A DNA stretch of 64,000 nt from assembly GCA_963702425.1 (NCBI GenBank), contig CAVPCQ010000012.1, positions 160,001 to 224,000 on the forward strand, written 5' to 3'. A program made the position numbers and the translations under genes. Source of the stretch: an uncultured Acidobacteriota bacterium. Lineage in GTDB: Bacteria; Acidobacteriota; Polarisedimenticolia; J045. Positions 42,772 through 51,332 of this stretch are shown one piece after another. Numbering within the stretch: position 1 is the stretch's first letter; every line of letters starts with the position of its first letter. Below the pieces are notes generated by a model. The model was not told the DNA's origin. It was given only the letters and a program-made list of their open reading frames with translations, and did not search any database.

Positions 42772-42990
42772 CGAGATTCTCCTCTCCTCCGCGCCAGCCG
42801 GCCTGGTCCGGACGACGGCGCGGGTAGAAGAGAGTATAAGTCGGAGAGAGGCTCGTGTTAGGGACTTTTGTCCTTTAATAAGAGTGAGTTAGCAGCGGGC
42901 CGAAATCGGCTGCGGGCGGTTCCGGCGGGGCGTCGGGCGTGCGTTTCGGGGGACGGGCTAGAATCGCCCGCTCCCCCACCGAGGTGACCC

Positions 42991-44301
42991 ATGACGACCA
43001 CGCCCGACCTCTCGACCCCCCCGGTACGCGCCATCGACCCCGCGGTGGCCGACCTGATGGAGCGCGAGGAGCGCCGGCAACTGCGCTCGATCCGGCTCAT
43101 CCCCTCCGAAAATCACGCCTCCCCGGCGGTCCGCGCCGCCCTGTCGTCGGCCTTCACCAACAAGTACGGCGAGGGCTATCCCGGCCGCCGCTACTACCAG
43201 GGCCAGGAGTTCGACGACGCCCTGGAAACATTGGTCATCGAGCGCGCCAAGGCGCTCTTCGGCTACCCCCATGCGAACGTGCAGTCGCTCTCCGGGGCCC
43301 CGGCCAACGTCGCCGTCTACGCGGCCTTCATGAAGCCCTACAAGGGGAAGCTGATGGCGCTGCGGCTCGACCACGGCGGACACCTGACGCACGGCAGCCC
43401 GGTCAGCGTGACGGGGATGTGGTGGGAGGCTCACCACTACGGCGTCAACGAGCACGACGTGATCGACATGGACGCGGTCCGCCGCCAGGCGCTGGAGGTC
43501 AAGCCCGACATCCTGCTCTGCGGCTACACCGCCTATCCGCGGACGATCGATTTCAAGGCCTTTGGCGAGATCGCGCGCGAGGTCGGCGCGATCGCGCTGG
43601 GCGACGTGTCGCACATCGCGGGGCTGATCGCCGGCGGCGTGCACCCGTCGCCCTTCCCGCACATGGACGTCGTCACCTTCACGACGCACAAGACGCTGCG
43701 CGGGCCGCGCGGAGCGATCATCCTCTCGAAGACGCCCGAGCACGCCGACGCGATCGACAAGGCGGTCTTCCCGGGCCTCCAGGGCGGGCCGCACTTCAAT
43801 ACGATCGCGGCACTCGGGGTAGCGCTGGCCGAGGCCGCGACCCCCGCCTTCAAGGCCTACGCGCAGCGCGTGGTCGCGAACGCACGGGCCCTCGCCGCCG
43901 CGCTCGCGGAGCGCGGGTTCCACGTCGTGTCGGGCGGGACCGACAACCACCTGCTGCTGGTCGACGTGCGGAAGTCGCGCAAGCTGCCGGGCAAGCGGGC
44001 CGCGCTCGCGCTGGAGCAGGTCTCGATCGAGCTCAACTTCAACACGGTGCCGAACGCCTCGGAGCAGCAGAAGCCGCTGTTCCCGGACGGGATCCGGCTC
44101 GGGACGCCGTCGGTGACGACACGCGGGATGCAGGAAGCCGACATGACGCGGATCGCGGAGTTCATCGACCGCGCGCTGGCGCTGGTCAAGGCCGGGAAGA
44201 TCCCCGAGGGCGAGGGCATCTGGCTCGACGAGGCGGCGCGCGACGCGCTGCGCGCGGAGGTCGAGGCCTTCGCTTCGGGGTTCCCGCCGTTCGTCCCGTA
44301 G
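42991..44301 (+). CDS. glyA: Serine hydroxymethyltransferase
   Basis: LIPSEN, NKYGEGYPGRRYY, GGHLTHG, TTHKTLRGPRG, FPGLQGGP, GGTDNHL, GIRLGTP. Confidence 0.97.
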   Translation: MTTTPDLSTPPVRAIDPAVADLMEREERRQLRSIRLIPSENHASPAVRAALSSAFTNKYGEGYPGRRYYQGQEFDDALETLVIERAKALFGYPHANVQSLSGAPANVAVYAAFMKPYKGKLMALRLDHGGHLTHGSPVSVTGMWWEAHHYGVNEHDVIDMDAVRRQALEVKPDILLCGYTAYPRTIDFKAFGEIAREVGAIALGDVSHIAGLIAGGVHPSPFPHMDVVTFTTHKTLRGPRGAIILSKTPEHADAIDKAVFPGLQGGPHFNTIAALGVALAEAATPAFKAYAQRVVANARALAAALAERGFHVVSGGTDNHLLLVDVRKSRKLPGKRAALALEQVSIELNFNTVPNASEQQKPLFPDGIRLGTPSVTTRGMQEADMTRIAEFIDRALALVKAGKIPEGEGIWLDEAARDALRAEVEAFASGFPPFVP

Positions 44302-44370
44302 GGGCCGGCCTCTGTGCCGGCCCGCTTCGCGCAACGGAACACCCGGGCCGGCACGGAGGCCGGCCCCTAC
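44298..44370. repeat. REP doublet (REPIN-like) whose GTAG ends contain the stop codons of glyA and yhbY
   Basis: Plus copy 44298-44323 (TAG 44299-44301 = glyA stop); minus copy 44345-44370 (CTA 44367-44369 = yhbY stop). Confidence 0.92.
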
Positions 44371-44684
44371 GGGTCGCGCTGCGGCAACACGATCCGGCGC
44401 TTCTCGGGATCGGCCTGCGGCCGGTAGAAGATCCCGACGTGGCCGACCACGCCGACGCAGGCGCTGGCGGTTCGCCCCTCGATCTCCGGGATGGCGACCG
44501 CCTTCTCTTCCTTGAGGGCGACGAAGCGGATCTTGATCAGCTCATGCGCCTCGAGCGCCTGGTCGATCGCCGCGAGCAGCCCTTCGGTGAGCCCTTCCTT
44601 GCCGACCCGGACGGACGCTTCGAGGTGGTGGGCCTCGGCGCGCAGGTACTTGCGCTGATTGCCTGAAAGGGGTCGGCGCGTCAT
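44367..44684 (-). CDS. yhbY: YhbY/CRM-domain RNA-binding protein
   Basis: LSGNQRKYLRAEAHHL..V.VGKEGLT...ALEAHELIKI...VGHVGIFYR. Confidence 0.93.
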   Translation of the reverse strand: MTRRPLSGNQRKYLRAEAHHLEASVRVGKEGLTEGLLAAIDQALEAHELIKIRFVALKEEKAVAIPEIEGRTASACVGVVGHVGIFYRPQADPEKRRIVLPQRDP

Positions 44685-45511
44685 CGGTGGGGTGCAGGAT
44701 AGCCGACGAGCCAGGTCAGCGGCACCGGGAGCCGAGGAACCCGCCCGACGCCGGCCTGCCAAGCGTAGTCGCCGCCGCCGGCGTCTGCGGCGAGCGCACG
44801 GAGTTCGGGTACGGTGTAGCTCCGCAGGCAGGAGACGACGCCATCCCAGAGGACGACCAGCGGGATCGCCGGCAGCAGGTAGGTGTAGAGCAGCCGTGAC
44901 CACCGGAAGGGGCGAGTGAACGGCGCCAGCGCCAGTGCCAGCAGCGGGCCGCCGGCCAGCGTCGCCGCGGTGCGCAGGCGCCGCGCGGTCAACTCGAAGA
45001 TCGCGATCCCCTGCCGCTGCCGCACGGCGTCGGCCAGGATCGCCGTTGCGTCCGCCGGCTCGAAATGGTGGAACGAGGTGAAGAGCGTGCGGAAGCCGGC
45101 GAGGACGGCGGGGACCGCGCGCGCGTCGATCGGCCCGGGCCACGCCGTAATCCGGCCGCCGGCCGGATCGCAGAGCCGCGCGGCCACGTCGCGGTTGGGA
45201 TAGAGATCGGTGAGGCAGACCGTCACGTCGTCGTCCAGCGCGGCCGAGACCGCGGGCAGCAGTGGCCTCCACGGCCCCCCGCCGCCCGCGCAGAGGTCGA
45301 CGAAGCGACGTCCCCCCGTTGCGCGAAGGGCGGCCGCGAGAATCGGTGCGACGACCTCGTGCACGCCGCCCCAGCGCGCGACGAGTTCGAGGTAGTCCGT
45401 CGCGCCGTCCCGGACGGCGCGCGGACACCACGGCTGGTCCTCCAGCTCGAGGAGCTGGCGGCGTGCGAAGCCGGTGTGGGCCGGCGCAGGGAGCAGGGTC
45501 GGGGTCGTCAC
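44681..45511 (-). CDS. Class I SAM-dependent methyltransferase-like protein
   Basis: QLLELEDQPWCP, VDLCAGGGGP, LTDLYPN, FTSFHHF, WDGVVSCLRSY. Confidence 0.82.
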   Translation of the reverse strand: MTTPTLLPAPAHTGFARRQLLELEDQPWCPRAVRDGATDYLELVARWGGVHEVVAPILAAALRATGGRRFVDLCAGGGGPWRPLLPAVSAALDDDVTVCLTDLYPNRDVAARLCDPAGGRITAWPGPIDARAVPAVLAGFRTLFTSFHHFEPADATAILADAVRQRQGIAIFELTARRLRTAATLAGGPLLALALAPFTRPFRWSRLLYTYLLPAIPLVVLWDGVVSCLRSYTVPELRALAADAGGGDYAWQAGVGRVPRLPVPLTWLVGYPAPHR

Positions 45512-45615
45512 GCGGTGATCTCGGGGAACGGATGATAGCGGCGTCCGCTCCCGGCGCGAGGTGCCGGCCCCCCGGCGGGCGCGCCGCGCGCTGCCTCGCT
45601 ATCCTGCCCGACCCG

Positions 45616-46512
45616 ATGAAGGTCTTCAGCGCCGATCGCTTCCGCTTCCCGCTGCCGGCGGACCACCGCTTCCCGGAGTCCAAGTACACGCTACTGCGCC
45701 GGCTGGTCGAGGCGGCCGGTCTCGCCGCCCGCGGCGCGCTCGAGGAATCGGACGAAGCGGACGACGGGGCGCTCGAGCTGGCGCACGACCCGGAGTACGT
45801 CCGCGCCGCGATCGACGGTACGCTCCCTGCCGCGGCGTGGCGCCGGATCGGCTTTCCCTGGTCGCCGGAGTTCGCCGAGCGCAGCCGCCGCTCGGTCGGC
45901 GGGACGATCGCCGCCTGCCGCGCGGCGCTGGAGCACGGGGTGGCCGTCCACCTGGCGGGCGGCACGCACCACGCGTTCCGGGACCGCGGCGAGGGCTACT
46001 GCGTCTTCAACGACGCCGCGGTCGCCGCGCGCGCGATGCAGGCCGAAGGGCGCGTCCGCCGGGCCGTCGTCGTCGACTGCGACGTGCACCAGGGCAACGG
46101 CACCGCGGCGATCTTCCGCGGCGACCCGACGGTCTTCACCTTCTCGATCCACGGCGCGAAGAACTTTCCGTTCCGCAAGGAAGCGTCCGACCTCGACGTC
46201 GCGCTCCCGAGCGGGACCGGCGACGCGGAGTACCTGGCCACCCTCGACGCCGCGCTGGCCGAGGCGCTGGCCCGCGCGCGCGCCGATCTCGCGATCTACA
46301 TCGCCGGCGCGGACGCGTGGGAGAAGGACCGGCTCGGCAAGCTGGCGCTCACCGCGGCCGGGATGGCCGAGCGCGACCGGCGCGTCTTTGCGGCCTGCCG
46401 CGCGGCCGGGCTGCCGGTCGCGGTCGCGATGGGGGGCGGCTACGCCCGCGACCCGGCCGACACCGCGCGGATCCACCTGCAGACGGTGCTCGAGGCCTCA
46501 CGCCTCGGCTGA
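45616..46512 (+). CDS. Histone-deacetylase-family (Zn-dependent) deacylase
   Basis: HRFPESKY, GGTHHA, GYCVFND, DCDVHQGNGT, AGAD...DRLG, GGGY. Confidence 0.95.
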   Translation: MKVFSADRFRFPLPADHRFPESKYTLLRRLVEAAGLAARGALEESDEADDGALELAHDPEYVRAAIDGTLPAAAWRRIGFPWSPEFAERSRRSVGGTIAACRAALEHGVAVHLAGGTHHAFRDRGEGYCVFNDAAVAARAMQAEGRVRRAVVVDCDVHQGNGTAAIFRGDPTVFTFSIHGAKNFPFRKEASDLDVALPSGTGDAEYLATLDAALAEALARARADLAIYIAGADAWEKDRLGKLALTAAGMAERDRRVFAACRAAGLPVAVAMGGGYARDPADTARIHLQTVLEASRLG

Positions 46513-47073
46513 CGCCTCCGTCGATCCCGAGACGCCGCCCGAGACGATCAGCGTCATCGCCGTGCGGCTGTCGACGGCCAGCGGCCGGACTCGCTCGGCC
46601 GGCACGACGATCAGGTTCCCGGCGAAGTTGTACGACTGCGGCAGGTAGACCGCCGCCTGTCCGGGCAGCCCGAGCGTACCCAGATCGTCGCGCGTCACGA
46701 AGCCGAGGACCTCGACGCCGTCGGCGACGCGGACCACCACCGGCCGGTCGAAGCGCCGCTTCTCGCCGACGAAGGCGTCGATCAGATCGCGCAGCGAGGT
46801 GTAGATCAGCTGCACGAGTGGCGTGCGCTTGAAGAGCCGGTCGATCGCACCGAAGAACCAGCGCATCGCGAACCCGCTGGCCAGCGCGCCGATTACCACG
46901 ATCAGCGCCACCGTGAGCAGGAACCCGACGCCGGGGACCACCGGCCGCCTGAGGATCGCGGCGATCGCGCGGTCGACGGTCGTCACCGCCAGCCAGACGA
47001 CGTAGATCGCGGCGGCCGCGGGGACGACGACGAGCAGGCCGCGCATGAAGTAGGTCGCGAATCTCTGGAACAT
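46498..47073 (-). CDS. DUF502 family membrane protein
   Basis: YFMRGLLVVVP, PGVG, RTPLVQLIY, GFVT, VYLP..YN..G, IVSGG. Confidence 0.9.
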   Translation of the reverse strand: MFQRFATYFMRGLLVVVPAAAAIYVVWLAVTTVDRAIAAILRRPVVPGVGFLLTVALIVVIGALASGFAMRWFFGAIDRLFKRTPLVQLIYTSLRDLIDAFVGEKRRFDRPVVVRVADGVEVLGFVTRDDLGTLGLPGQAAVYLPQSYNFAGNLIVVPAERVRPLAVDSRTAMTLIVSGGVSGSTEASAEA

Positions 47074-47246
47074 GGGGGGTCTCCCGGGAGGGCCGTCCAC
47101 GGTATCACGGGCCGCCGCGGGCCCCGGAGCGGCCTCCCGGAGCGCGCGCCGAACGCGAACGCTGCCCACGTCCCCCTTATCTAGTTGTCCGTAATAGTCT
47201 TTTTTAGCTTTTTTTAGTCCGTTTTGTTCAAGCAGGGGCCTGCGGG

Positions 47247-47293
47247 TTGACAGTATCCGATCATTGGTTGTATGTTTAACAACGTTCACTAAT
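47247..47293 (+). promoter_or_regulatory. sigma70-like promoter and probable TetR operator
   Basis: TTGACA-N18-TATGTT within the most AT-rich patch of the window (T-tracts near 47200-47216); imperfect palindrome TAACAACGTTCA overlapping the expected TSS. Confidence 0.6.
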
Positions 47294-47305
47294 CGAGGAC
47301 TGGTC

Positions 47306-47947
47306 ATGGGATCCGCGGAGCGCAGGGAACGGGAGCGGCAGCAGGTCCGGGAGCGGATCCTCGACGCCGCTCGCGAGTTGTTCGTCGCCCAGGGCTACGA
47401 CGCCGTGACGATGCGCGGCATCGCCGAGCGGATCGAATACTCCGCTCCGGCGATCTACTTCCATTTCGAAGACAAGCTCGCCGTCGTGCGCGCCCTGTGC
47501 GAGGCCGATTTCCTCGCGCTCGCAGAGAGCTTCGGGACCATCGCCCGCGTCGCGGACCCCGTCGAGCGGATCCGCGCCGCCGGGAAGGCCTACGTCGAGT
47601 TCGGGCTGACGCATCCGCACCACTACCGGCTGATGTTCATGACCCAGCTCCCGGCGATCCCGACCGAAGACTCGGGTCTCGAGCACGGCAATCCGGAGCA
47701 GGACGCCTACGCTTTCCTGCGCCTCGCGGTGGCCGACGCGATCGCGGCGGGCCGCTTTCGGCCGGAGTTCGCGGACCCCGAGACCGTGGCGCAGATGCTC
47801 TGGGCCGTCGTTCACGGCGTCGTGGCGCTGCACATCGCCAAGGGGAGTGATGCCTGGATCGACTGGCGTCCGGCCCGGGAGACCGCCGCCCTGGCGATCG
47901 CCGCCGCACTGCGCGGAATCGTCCGCGACAACCGTTCGGGGAACTAG
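47306..47947 (+). CDS. TetR/AcrR regulator (WHG-type C-terminus)
   Basis: RERILDAARELF...VTMRGIAERIEYSAPAIYFHFEDK; LWAVVHG. Confidence 0.95.
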   Translation: MGSAERRERERQQVRERILDAARELFVAQGYDAVTMRGIAERIEYSAPAIYFHFEDKLAVVRALCEADFLALAESFGTIARVADPVERIRAAGKAYVEFGLTHPHHYRLMFMTQLPAIPTEDSGLEHGNPEQDAYAFLRLAVADAIAAGRFRPEFADPETVAQMLWAVVHGVVALHIAKGSDAWIDWRPARETAALAIAAALRGIVRDNRSGN

Positions 47948-47950
47948 ATC

Positions 47951-49078
47951 ATGGTCGACCTCGCCTGGAAGAACCTGCTGCACGACCGGATGCGCTTCCT
48001 GATCACGGTCTCGGGCGTCGCCTTCGCCGTGACCCTCGTCTTCGTCCAGGTCGGGCTCTTCCTCGGCCTGCTCGACAATGCCTCGATCACGATCGACCGC
48101 CTCGACGCCGACCTGTGGGTCACCTCGCGCGCCGTACCCAATGTCGACTTCGCGCAGCCGTTCCCGGAGACCCACCTCCAGCGCGTGCGCTCGGTGCCAG
48201 GCGTGCTGCGGGCCGACAACCTGATCGTCGCGTTCGCCCCGATCGCGCTGCCGACCGGCGCGCGCGAGAGCGTGCTGATCTACGCGCTCGAGGACTTCGG
48301 CCGCTGGAGTTTCCCCTGGCGCGTGACCGAAGGGCGTCTCGAGGACCTGCGCCGCGGCGACTACCTCTTCCTGGACGGCTCGGCGACCCGCCGCTTCGGT
48401 CCGTTCACCGTCGGCGACTATCGCGAGGTGGGAGGGCGCCGCCTCAAGATCATCGGTCGCACGGAGGAGGCCCGCTCGTTCACGACGACCCCGATCGCGT
48501 TCATGGACCTGCGCCGGGCCCAGGAGCTGCTGCGCGACGATCTCGCCGGTCAGGCGCACTACATCGTCGTCAAGCTCGCGCCCGGCGCCGACGTGTCCGC
48601 GGTGCGCGACGCGATCCGCCGGCGCCTTCCGTACAACGATGTCTTCTCGCGCGAGGAATTCGCGCGCCACTCGCGTTCGTACTGGATCGTCAGCACCGGA
48701 CTCGGGATGAACATGGGGACGACGGTCCTGCTCGGCTGCCTGGTCGGGATCGTCGTCGTCGCCCAGACGCTCTATACCTCGACGATGGAGCACCTGCGCG
48801 AGTTCGGCACCGTCAAGGCGATCGGCGGCGGGAACCGCGATATCTACGCGATCATCGCCAAGCAGGCGGCCATCGCCGCGATCATCGGCTACGCGGTCGG
48901 CGTCGGCATGGCGTTCGCCATGCGGCCGGTGATGGCGGCGCTGGACCTCAAGCTGATCATCGGGGCCCCGCTCGCCGCAGCGGTCTTCGCCGGAACCGTG
49001 ATCTTCTGCCTGGCTGCCGCCGCGCTCTCGTTCCGCAAGGTGGCGGCGATCGACCCCGCACTCGTCTTCCGCACCTGA
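47951..49078 (+). CDS. ABC transporter permease (DevC/MacB-FtsX type)
   Basis: LAWKNLLHDRMRF, GVAFAVTLVFVQVG, EFGTVKAIG, DPALVFR. Confidence 0.92.
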   Translation: MVDLAWKNLLHDRMRFLITVSGVAFAVTLVFVQVGLFLGLLDNASITIDRLDADLWVTSRAVPNVDFAQPFPETHLQRVRSVPGVLRADNLIVAFAPIALPTGARESVLIYALEDFGRWSFPWRVTEGRLEDLRRGDYLFLDGSATRRFGPFTVGDYREVGGRRLKIIGRTEEARSFTTTPIAFMDLRRAQELLRDDLAGQAHYIVVKLAPGADVSAVRDAIRRRLPYNDVFSREEFARHSRSYWIVSTGLGMNMGTTVLLGCLVGIVVVAQTLYTSTMEHLREFGTVKAIGGGNRDIYAIIAKQAAIAAIIGYAVGVGMAFAMRPVMAALDLKLIIGAPLAAAVFAGTVIFCLAAAALSFRKVAAIDPALVFRT

Positions 49079-49092
49079 CCCGGGAGGTTCCG

Positions 49093-49764
49093 ATGCCCGT
49101 CCTGTCGGCCCACGACGTCACGAAGTGCTTTCGCGAGGGACGGGAGCCAGTCCTCGTCCTGAAGGGGATCTCGATGGCGGTCGAGCGCGGCGAGATCGTC
49201 TCGCTCGAGGGGCCTTCCGGCTCGGGCAAGACGACCCTGCTCTCGATCCTCGGCTGCATCCTGACGCCCAGCACGGGCCGCGTGACGATCGACGGCGAGG
49301 CGGTCGACGCCCTGCGGCCGGCGTCGCTGCCGCGCCTGCGCCGCCGCGCGATCGGCTTCGTCTTCCAGCAGTTCAACCTCTTCCCGGCGCTCACGGCGCG
49401 GGAGAACGTCGAGTACGCGCTCAACGTGAAGGGGCTTCGCGGCACGGCCGCGCGGCGCGAGGCGGAGCGCACCCTCGACGCCGTGGGCCTGGCGGACCGC
49501 AGCAGCTACCTGCCGCGCGACCTCTCCGGCGGCCAGAAGCAGCGCGTCGCGATCGCACGCGCGCTCGCCGGCCGCCCGCCCGTGCTGCTGGCCGACGAGC
49601 CGACCGCCAACCTCGACCAGCAGAACGGCATCCAGATCCTCGAGCTGTTCCGCGACCTCGCCCGGCGGGAGAACGGTGCGCTGCTGATCGTGACCCACGA
49701 CCCCAAGGTGCGCGCGGTAGCCGACCGTGTGCTGCGCATCGAAGACGGCCGCCTGGCCGCGTGA
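49093..49764 (+). CDS. ABC transporter ATP-binding protein (LolD/DevA type)
   Basis: GPSGSGKT, LSGGQKQRVAIARAL, LLADEPT, VTHD. Confidence 0.96.
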   Translation: MPVLSAHDVTKCFREGREPVLVLKGISMAVERGEIVSLEGPSGSGKTTLLSILGCILTPSTGRVTIDGEAVDALRPASLPRLRRRAIGFVFQQFNLFPALTARENVEYALNVKGLRGTAARREAERTLDAVGLADRSSYLPRDLSGGQKQRVAIARALAGRPPVLLADEPTANLDQQNGIQILELFRDLARRENGALLIVTHDPKVRAVADRVLRIEDGRLAA

Positions 49765-49790
49765 TCGACGACCACCTCCGAGGACACCCC

Positions 49791-50702
49791 ATGACCACGC
49801 TGACCCTGATCACCCCCCGCCGCACCGTGCTCGCATCCGCCACCTTCGTCGTCGCGCTCGCGCTCGCCTGGCAGGCCGGGGTCCTGCGCGGGATCGCCCC
49901 CGGACACGTCGGAGCGTCCGCTCCCACCGGGCCGCCGGCGGCGCCCGGCGCCGCCGCGCCGTCGCAGGTCATCGCCGAGGGACGCGTGGTCGCCTACCCC
50001 GGAGCCGAAGTCGTGGTCGGCACTGACCTCCCCGGCACGATCGTGCGGCTGCCGGTCGAAGAGAAGCAGCCGGTCCGGCGCGGCCAGCTCCTCGCCGAAC
50101 TCCGGGCCGACGACCTCCGCGCGGAACTGGACCAGGCCCGGGCTGGCGTCGCCGAGGCCGAGGCCGACGTCCGCCTCTACGAGCTCGAAACCGAGCGCGC
50201 CGGGCGCCTCGTCGCGGAGGCGGTCGAGTCGCCGCAGTACGCCGACCTGCAGCGGCGCAATCTCGACGCGGCGCGCGCGCGGCGCGAGACCGCGCTGGCC
50301 GCGGTCCGCCGGCTCGAGGCGCAGTTGGACAAGACCCGGATCCTGGCGCCGATCGACGGCACGGTGGTCGAGCGCCGGATCGACCGCGGCGAGTCGGTCG
50401 AGGCGGGGGCGACGCTGCTGACGATCGCCGACCTCGATCGGCTGCGGATCGAGGCCGAGGTCGACGAGTTCGACGCGGCGCGCGTCCGCCTCGGCGCGTC
50501 CGTGACGATCGTCGCCGAAGGCTACGACGGCCGCTCCTGGCGCGGCGTGGTCGAGACGATCCCGGATCGCGTCGTCCCGCGTGAATTCAAGATGCGCGAC
50601 CCGTCCCGCCCCTCGGACACCCGGGTCCTGCTGGTCAAGATCGCGTTCGCGGAACCGACCGAGCTCAAGCTCGGTCAGCGGGTGGAGATCTCGATCGACT
50701 GA
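49791..50702 (+). CDS. Periplasmic adaptor (HlyD/DevB-type membrane fusion protein)
   Basis: N-terminal TM; lipoyl half-motifs V.RGQLLAEL and ILAPIDGTV; coiled-coil hairpin. Confidence 0.92.
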   Translation: MTTLTLITPRRTVLASATFVVALALAWQAGVLRGIAPGHVGASAPTGPPAAPGAAAPSQVIAEGRVVAYPGAEVVVGTDLPGTIVRLPVEEKQPVRRGQLLAELRADDLRAELDQARAGVAEAEADVRLYELETERAGRLVAEAVESPQYADLQRRNLDAARARRETALAAVRRLEAQLDKTRILAPIDGTVVERRIDRGESVEAGATLLTIADLDRLRIEAEVDEFDAARVRLGASVTIVAEGYDGRSWRGVVETIPDRVVPREFKMRDPSRPSDTRVLLVKIAFAEPTELKLGQRVEISID

Positions 50703-50736
50703 CGCCGCCGCGTCCTGCTGCGTGACGCCGCGCCGG

Positions 50737-51276
50737 CTACCCCCCCGCGATCGCCATCTGCCACTGCTTCACGGCCTCGAGCGGCCAGACCAGCATCAGG
50801 ACGTTCAGCAGCAGGCTGTCCCGGATCGCGGCGATCATCGCCAGCTCGGTCGCGACGAAGAGTACGACCGAGGCGCGGACGGGAATTCGGGCCGCGAGCC
50901 CGTAGCCGAGCGCGCAGAACAGGATGTCGCCCAGCGTGTTGACGACGCTGTCGCCGAAGTAGTCGAGCGACATCGTCGCCTCGCGGTAACGGCGGATGAT
51001 GAACTCGGAGTTCTCCAGGACCTCCCAGCCGGCCTCGATCCCCAGCGCCAGGGCGAAGCGGGCCCCGCGCGGCAGCGGCAGGCGGGAGAGCAGCGCGTAG
51101 AACAGCAGGCCGTGCAGGACGTGGCTGAAGCTGTACGGGTCGACGAGGTGCTGCGAGTTGTGGCGGCTCCAGACCTGCCACGACGACAGGTTCCACCCGC
51201 CGCAGGCACACCACCAGGGCTGGCCCTGGAAAGAAAGCCAGGCGGTGGTCGCGACCAGGATCGCGACCGCCGCCAC
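50737..51276 (-). CDS. DUF2585 family membrane protein (start uncertain)
   Basis: WWCACG...HNSQHLVDPYSFSHVLHG...WEVLENS..II.RYR...YFGDSVVN...RDSLLLNVLML. Confidence 0.9.
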   Translation of the reverse strand: MAAVAILVATTAWLSFQGQPWWCACGGWNLSSWQVWSRHNSQHLVDPYSFSHVLHGLLFYALLSRLPLPRGARFALALGIEAGWEVLENSEFIIRRYREATMSLDYFGDSVVNTLGDILFCALGYGLAARIPVRASVVLFVATELAMIAAIRDSLLLNVLMLVWPLEAVKQWQMAIAGG

Positions 51277-51332
51277 GGTGCCCGCGGCCCACTCCCCGTG
51301 CGCGGGCGGGGCGGGAGGACGGGCCGCCCGGC

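Noticed and set aside
42860-42990. ZTP or glycine riboswitch upstream of glyA
   Set aside because: The -10 TAGAAT lies only about 26 nt before the ATG; no aptamer motif
44681-46512. Methyltransferase + HDAC as a chromatin-like modification system
   Set aside because: Both are common bacterial families, divergently transcribed, with no supporting evidence of linkage
47170-47300. AT-rich patch as replication origin or foreign insert
   Set aside because: No DnaA-box cluster; explained by divergent promoters with UP-like T-tracts
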